Under the pieces are notes generated by a model. That model did no database searches and was not told the DNA's origin. It saw only the letters and a program-made list of their open reading frames with translations. The translations under genes were made by a program, and so were the position numbers. From Botryllus schlosseri (Eukaryota), in NCBI GenBank assembly GCA_051294905.1, contig CM119377.1, forward strand, positions 29,016,001 to 29,080,000: DNA of 64,000 bases, given 5' to 3'. The stretch's first letter is position 1; each line of letters begins with the position of its first letter. Of the stretch, positions 57,691 through 64,000 are shown piece by piece.

Positions 57691-60222
57691 GAAGATAATG
57701 CGATGTGTTGTTGGTCCATATTCCTTTTCCCCACTTCAGGAGTTTTTTAGGTTTTATCACTACGTTTTGAAAATAGGTATGGTCCGCGACGGCATTTGTT
57801 CTGTATTCACAGTTTGTGTTCCTGGTGTTTTATACAGAGGTTCTTGAACGGTTTGGTTATTGAGTATATTCTTTTATCTGGCTCTCGCCATCGGAATATA
57901 TCGTGGAGGTCTTTTCCGTTCGTAAAATTTCGCCACTTGGTTGCTGCTGGGGTGAGCTTAAAATTGCTGGTACGTTCTACATCTTTTTCTGATGTCACCA
58001 TGTTGAAGTCCCCCGCAACGATAATCGATCCCTGTTGATTTTGTATAGCTTGGATCGTTTCGTCGTAGAACTAACTGTTCATGGGATTTTATGTTGGTGT
58101 GTGGTGCATTAACATTATAGATACTGACCACATGTTTTTGGTCCTTTGTTGTTATCGTGACACTCTGCAGTCTGTTTGGGACATGGATTTGGTGTTGTAT
58201 ATCCATGTCCTGGAGCCACTCTTTCCTAATAAACATAAGGGTGCCTTGGTAGTACAATTTCGTGGGTTGGTTGACCCAGGCGTTGCATTTATCAAGGCAA
58301 TTGGTAAATAGCTCAAGATCATGTTTCTCGGCCCACTTTGCAACGGCATTCTTTTTTATTTTGTGCGTTTCTTGTACGCAATACACGTTTACTTTCTCAG
58401 TTTTATAAATTGTTTTATTAAATTCCAGTGTACGTAGTCCGTTTACGTTGATCGTCAAGATTGACAAAGACGGGTTTATTTCTTAGAAGGAGCTGAAGAT
58501 GATGCTGGGGTAGTGTTTGCATTTCTCCTTGTGGTGCTTGTGAATGTAGTCCTGAGTGCGGTTGACTTTTTACTAGCCATCCTAATTTCAGGACTTTCTT
58601 CACTCGGCCTTTTGATCGGCGAGGCCGGTATATTATTGCGAAATGTGTATTCGGACATGGATTCCAAAACACTCGGTATCCTTGTGTGTACCGGTGTTCT
58701 CGACTCTGGCGTTGCTGTTCTGGTTTCAGACGTTGTCGTCCATACGGACGTTTGTGCTGAAAAGGTTGCCACATGTCTGGGAGATATATCTTCTTTCGGG
58801 GTATCAGCCCCTTCTTTCTCGTCATTCTCGCTACTCTGTTCAGAGTGGTGATCGTCCTTCTGTATTTCTTCTTCTTGTTCTTCTTCTACCTGTTCTACAT
58901 CAGGTTCCTCACCTATGAGCAGGTTGCCTTCCGAAGAAGACTCACTGATCATGTTATGTTCATTAGATTCTTGAGTTGTGGGGTATTCTTGCCTCAAGAT
59001 AGGGCATTCTTGGCGTCTGTGCCCCGGTGTCTTGCATTCCATGCAAACTACTGGGCTTTTGCAATTTCTTGCAGTGTGACCGGATTGCAGACAGTTATAG
59101 CACTGTGGTGCATATTCACCCGGTTGCCGGTAAACCTTGCACCACAATTTTCTAATCTTGATAACCGGTGGTAGTATGCCTCTTTATAGTTTTTGATCAT
59201 GAGTCTGCGGTATCCATTGTGGATTTCACTACCTCTGTGGTTTACTCTGATCATTTTGATGACTGTGCCGCAGTCATGTTTGTGTATTTCGTCTCGCACC
59301 TCACTCACTGTCAGAGGCTTCAGTTGGAACCGCTCTAATGTTTATGCTTTCATATGGCGTTGTAGCCTCTGTAAAAGTTATCTTTCCTGTTTCTATCGTT
59401 AAGCCGTCTTGCCATGCAAGCAGAAGATCTCTTTTGTTTTTTCCGTCTCATCGCTGTTTTTTATCGTGATGTTGTAAGTCGTAGGGCCTAGATAGACTCT
59501 ATCTGCGCATTTAGGTGCTTTGTTTCGCTGCATTCTACAATCGCACTGAGCACCTGCTGTGTGTTTGTAGTTTCTGGGACGGTAGCGTTTAAAGAACGCG
59601 GTCTACCGTCTGAGTCCATGCTTCGATCCGCTTGTAGACTAGCGAAGCGATAGCTATAGCTTTCTATTAGTTTTGAAGGCGCGCTGTGTCAATTCCTACG
59701 TGCAACGCACGAACCGATAAGGTGGTTTCGCTGCACGGAGAGTTAAACGACGCCGTCTAGACGGTGTCGTAGCGCGTAGGTTATTAAAGCCAAAGGTAAT
59801 ACACATACAGTCTCCCGTGGCCTCGAGCGAAAGGCGCGGGAGAAAAGAAAGAGAAGACTCAACAAGTCCTGACTCACAAAGACCTGAGGAGAAAAGACTC
59901 TAACTAGTGTTGACTCACTAAGACGAGTCAAGCTCTAGTAGAGGTAGACACAGACTCCTACGAGACTTGACTCGGGAAGAGGAGGAGTCAAGTCTCGATG
60001 AGGGAGAAGGGATGAGTCTGAAGGAGACTCGAAGTAGAAGTAGGAAATCCGGCGACGAAGAAGGAAAAAGAAGGAGAAAAAAATAAGCCTAAGTGAAAAA
60101 AAGTTAAACGTAGGTACAACGAAACTTAACTAGCGTTTACAGTAACTACAACGGCCACAGCGGCTCAATCCACGATCTTTGTACCTGTAAATAGCCGTTA
60201 GTGATACTTCCGTTGCGTAACC
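57690..60222 (-). pseudogene. LINE H: 5' UTR (about 59620-60222), ORF1 and APE, truncated after KWGKGIW
   Basis: MDSDGRPRS..., NIRAVP, HNGYRR, CYNCLQSGHTARNC..CMECKTPGHRRQEC; MSILTINVNGL, QETH, GDFN, ADH. Confidence 0.9.
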
Positions 60223-63200
60223 TTTTTTTTTTTTTTTTTTTTGCGGCTCTCCGTATTACCAGACCATTGCCGGCCCCTCTCTCAAGGCATTGGGACCGCC
60301 TCCGGTCTGGGGTTTTGTTACATGTTATTTTCAAGCTAACTAAGGTTACTAAATTGAAATTAATATATCTATTTCCTTCTTGTTTTTATTTTCGTTGGTT
60401 GGTCGGATTTTAATCTCTTTATGCAACCAAATACTTCAATACTTCTTTGCTTGCGGTGGGTAGAGGTACGCAATATTTCCGTTTGCGTTGGAAACGCTGT
60501 CTACCTGTCGCGAGCGGTTGGGGGATTTTGGTGTTGTCTCCCCCTCCTTCCCTGAAAGAGTTTTTGCTATTTTATCTTTTTGGTTGGCGTTTGAATTGAC
60601 CAAGGTTTATCTTGGAACCCAAAAAAGCCAACCAAGGTTTGCATTTTTCTTCTTTCTGTACATATTATTAGACTTTAAGCCCCGTCTAATTTTTCTGCTA
60701 GGTCGTGCATTTCCGCGTCTAAGTCTTCAAGTATTTTTAGTCTCTGCCGAAGCGTGCCACAAGTTTTTTGGAAAATCTCCGTTGTTATATATTTCGTACT
60801 TGTTGGTTTCTCGCCTTCAATTTCCAGCTTTATTCGGCTTTGAATCATTTTTTGTCTATAGATAGCTAGGATCACCCCTATTTCTTCTTTTCTTTTGTCC
60901 GCTTCTTTTCCTTTGATCACGTGATCTTCTGTTACTTTTATTTTGTTTCCTTTTTGATACTTTTATTTTGTTTCCTTTTTGATCTCGAATGTATTTTTGG
61001 AGTTTTTCCAGGATTTCTTGAGCGGCGGGGCACTCGTATACGACGTGTCTCGCGGTCTCTTCCTTGTGGTCGCATCGTCGGCATTTGGTTTTTACTCTTT
61101 TTCCATATTTGTCATGAAGGATGTTTTTAGCAATTCTTTTCGCGCCGAGGAGGTACCCTTCGTGCGTTATTCGGAACTTTGTAATTCTCTCTTTATTGGT
61201 AATAATACGTTCCACACTTCCCGTTTGGAAGTGGATGTTTCCCCACTCGATGTTTGAGGGGGGGGGGCAGAGCCCGAGTGTTCATTTTCGAAGGTGGCTT
61301 TGATAGCCTGGTAGTACTGTTTTTGAGTGGCCTCCTTTAGTTTTTCCAGGGGCCAGTTCAAATTTTCTACTGTTTCCAGGGGCCAGTTCAAATTTTCTAC
61401 TGTTTTCTTTATTTCTTTCCATTCTTGTGGGAGTACCGTTTTGTGGGGCATACTATTTGTAAATATTGCCGCATTCCATTTTTTGACTGTCGGGCCCAGA
61501 CAGTATAGGGCGTAAAAGTGCCAAAATTCTGTTGGTTTTTCCATGTTGGCTAATATTTTGATCTTTTCTGCCTTACGGCTTTTATTTTGGATTGTATGTG
61601 TGGGATCGCCATCCTTCCCTGGATTTTTTGGCGCATAAGGGTTTTTCGGGACACCATCTCCATTTTGTCCGGGTGCCATATGAATTCAAAGAACAGCCTG
61701 TTTATAGTATTTACTGTTTCCATGGTCGGGGTACTGGCTACAATCTTGTTCATTATTTTTGGCACTATAACAGTGTTCAGTACTAATTGTTTCCCATACC
61801 ACGTCAGATTTCTTTTTCTGAATTCGAACAATTGTCTTCGTATAGCCTGTACTGTCTTTTCCCAATTTTCATTTTCCTGTTCTTCGCCAAATTGTTGTCC
61901 CAATATTTTTATTTTTGATTTAATCTGATTCTGGAGATGTCCCGCCATGTACATATCTTTCGGGTTGTTTAAGGCGAGAATTTCCGTTTTATTTTCATTT
62001 AGCTCTTGCCCCGTGGCTCTTTTTAATACTTCGAATTCTTTATAAGTATGCAGGACTGAAATGAAGTCCTTTGTTGTGGTCGTGATGTCGTCTGCATATT
62101 GTTGGAGCTTTGATTCATGCTTCCCAATTTTGATGCCACGAATGTTTGTATTATTTCTTATGCGTTCGGCTATCGGTTCAGACGCGATGGAATATAGGTA
62201 GGTGCTGAGGGGGCAGCCTTGTCTGAGGCCCCTTTTCACGTAGATGTTTCTTGTGCTGGCGCCATTTATGTAGATTTTATTACTCGAGCTCTCATAGATT
62301 GTTTTTATTAGCTGGGTGATGTTTCTCCCCATGTTGAATTTCTTAAATAAAAGTTGATGCGAGATGAGGTCGAATGCCTTACGCTGATCAAAATTTCCGC
62401 ATATTCTTTTATTGACCGCACATTCCTCAGTATATCGGTCATCTGTCTTCCTGGGATAGCGGATTTTTTTGCGTGTCACCAATGATGTCTCCGATGCCCT
62501 CCCTTATCCTGTTGGCGAGGATTTTCGATAAGATTTTATAATCGACGTTTGTTAAAGATATTGGTCGCCAATTCTCAAGTTGTTGTGGGTCGCCTTTTTT
62601 AAACAGTAATTTCACTGCTGAAGCTCCCCACGAGTCACTTATTTTTCCAAAAATAATAGCGTTATTGTACAACTGCCACAAGTCATTTTTTATTAGTTCG
62701 TAAAAGGTTTTATAAAACTCTGCTGATATCCCGTCGGGACCGGGTGATTTGTTGGTGGACTGCTCTTTTACCGCCCGCCTAATTTCTTCCTCTGTAATGG
62801 CGGAGTCTTGAAAGTCAGCCTGTTCTTGCGTAAGGGTTTTACTGACAGAGCTTGTGAGTTCTTTTCTAAGCTCACCCGGTGCTGCGTGGGTCTGGCCCCA
62901 GAGTTTAAAAAATCCCAGGTGGTGTCCAGGATTTGTTCTTTTTCTTCTACTACCCTTCCGTTCTCCTGTATGACCGCATCTATGACTTTCTGTGTTCTTC
63001 TGTTGGCCAATTTTGAGTAAAATTAATTGGTGGGTTGGTTTCTCTTCTTTTTCTAGCAAATCTTTATAATGTATTTTCATAAGGAATTCCAGTTTGTCTT
63101 TTTCTACTTGTTTCAGGTTTTTTATACATTGGTGCCTTTCAAGTGGTGTTGTGCTGGGGTTTCCTATCAACTTTTCCCAGTGTTCTCGTTGTCTGTTATT

Positions 63201-64000
63201 CTTCTTTTGATTTTCCTGGCCGAATTGAATCGCAACTGCTTTTGTTTTTCCTTTCCAATCATCCCACCACGTCTGTAAGCTATCGTATTTTGAGTGTTCT
63301 ATGTATAGGTTTTTTTTACCATTGTCATAAATTCTTGGTCCTGATAGTGTGATATGTTATTAATCCATAATCCCTTTCCCCATTTCAAGTGCTTTTTATG
63401 TTTTATCTCTACTTTTTGATAGTAGTCATGGTCCGCGACAGCATTTGCTTTATATTCACTTTTTCTAGTATTTATACACAGGTCTTTCGTCATATAGACA
63501 CGGTCTATTCTTCTGGAATTGAAGGGTTTAGTTATGGTATATATTCTTTTTTTCCGGCTCCCGCCATCGGAATATATCCAAGAGGTTTTTCTCGTTTGTA
63601 AAGTTTCGCCACTTGGTAGCTGTTGTAGTGAGCTTGAAATTTCTGATGTTTTTTACGTCTTTGTTGTTTGATGTTACCATATTAAAATCGCCTGCTACTA
63701 TTATGGACCCCTGCTCACTCTGTAGAGCCTCGATTGTTTCATCGTAGAACTGTTCTTGCGCATTTGTGTTGATATGCGGTGCATAGACATTGTGGATGCT
63801 GACTACATGTTTTTTGTCCTTTGATGTGATGATGGCACTGTGTAGTCTGTTTGGGATGTGGATTTGGTGTTTTATATCCATGTCCTGTATCCATTCCTTT
63901 TTGATGAGCATAAGGGTACCCTGGAAGTATATTTTTGTAGGTTGATTTGTCCACGCATCGCGTTGATCCAGGCAATTCAAGAGTAACTCAAAGTCGTGTT
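60223..64000 (-). pseudogene. LINE I: ORF2 (APE-RT-CCHC), 3' UTR and poly(A)20; 5' part lies beyond the window
   Basis: AGDFN, ADH, KWGKG; KSPGPDGISAEFY, RGLRQGCPLS, QQYADD, CRRCDHKEETARHVVYEC; T20 at 60223-60242. Confidence 0.93.

Noticed and set aside
60160-60222. Spliced-leader RNA-like segment (…TTTACAG|GTAC) as the LINE I target
   Set aside because: No match to SL sequences I know and no canonical Sm site
23153-61405. Short direct repeats of CRISPR-like length (19-38 bp)
   Set aside because: Units are adjacent with no unique spacers, there are no cas genes, and the context is eukaryotic

Overview
A 64-kb stretch of an animal genome (probably an invertebrate; the taxon cannot be fixed from sequence alone) made almost entirely of nested transposable elements. 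No host gene, RNA gene or CRISPR array was recognised. It holds about ten diverged L1/Tx1-clade LINE copies, on + from 9 to 54.8 kb and on - beyond that, several arranged head-to-tail. LTR elements include a very young CsRn1-type Ty3/gypsy with identical 330-bp LTRs, a non-coding TRIM-like element plus a related LTR remnant, and a Ty1/copia 5' fragment. DNA transposons include decayed Harbinger, ISL2EU-like (THAP plus SWIM-YqaJ), MULE and several hAT elements, plus many hAT MITEs with 8-bp TSDs. The most unusual object is the gypsy element at 31665-37478. Its gag and PR-RT-RNaseH frames are open, but it has no integrase; RNaseH runs in frame into a segment with N-glycosylation sequons, a transmembrane helix and a tail, resembling the C-terminus of an envelope protein. 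All calls come from reading motifs by eye; no database search was run, and boundaries without TSD support are approximate.
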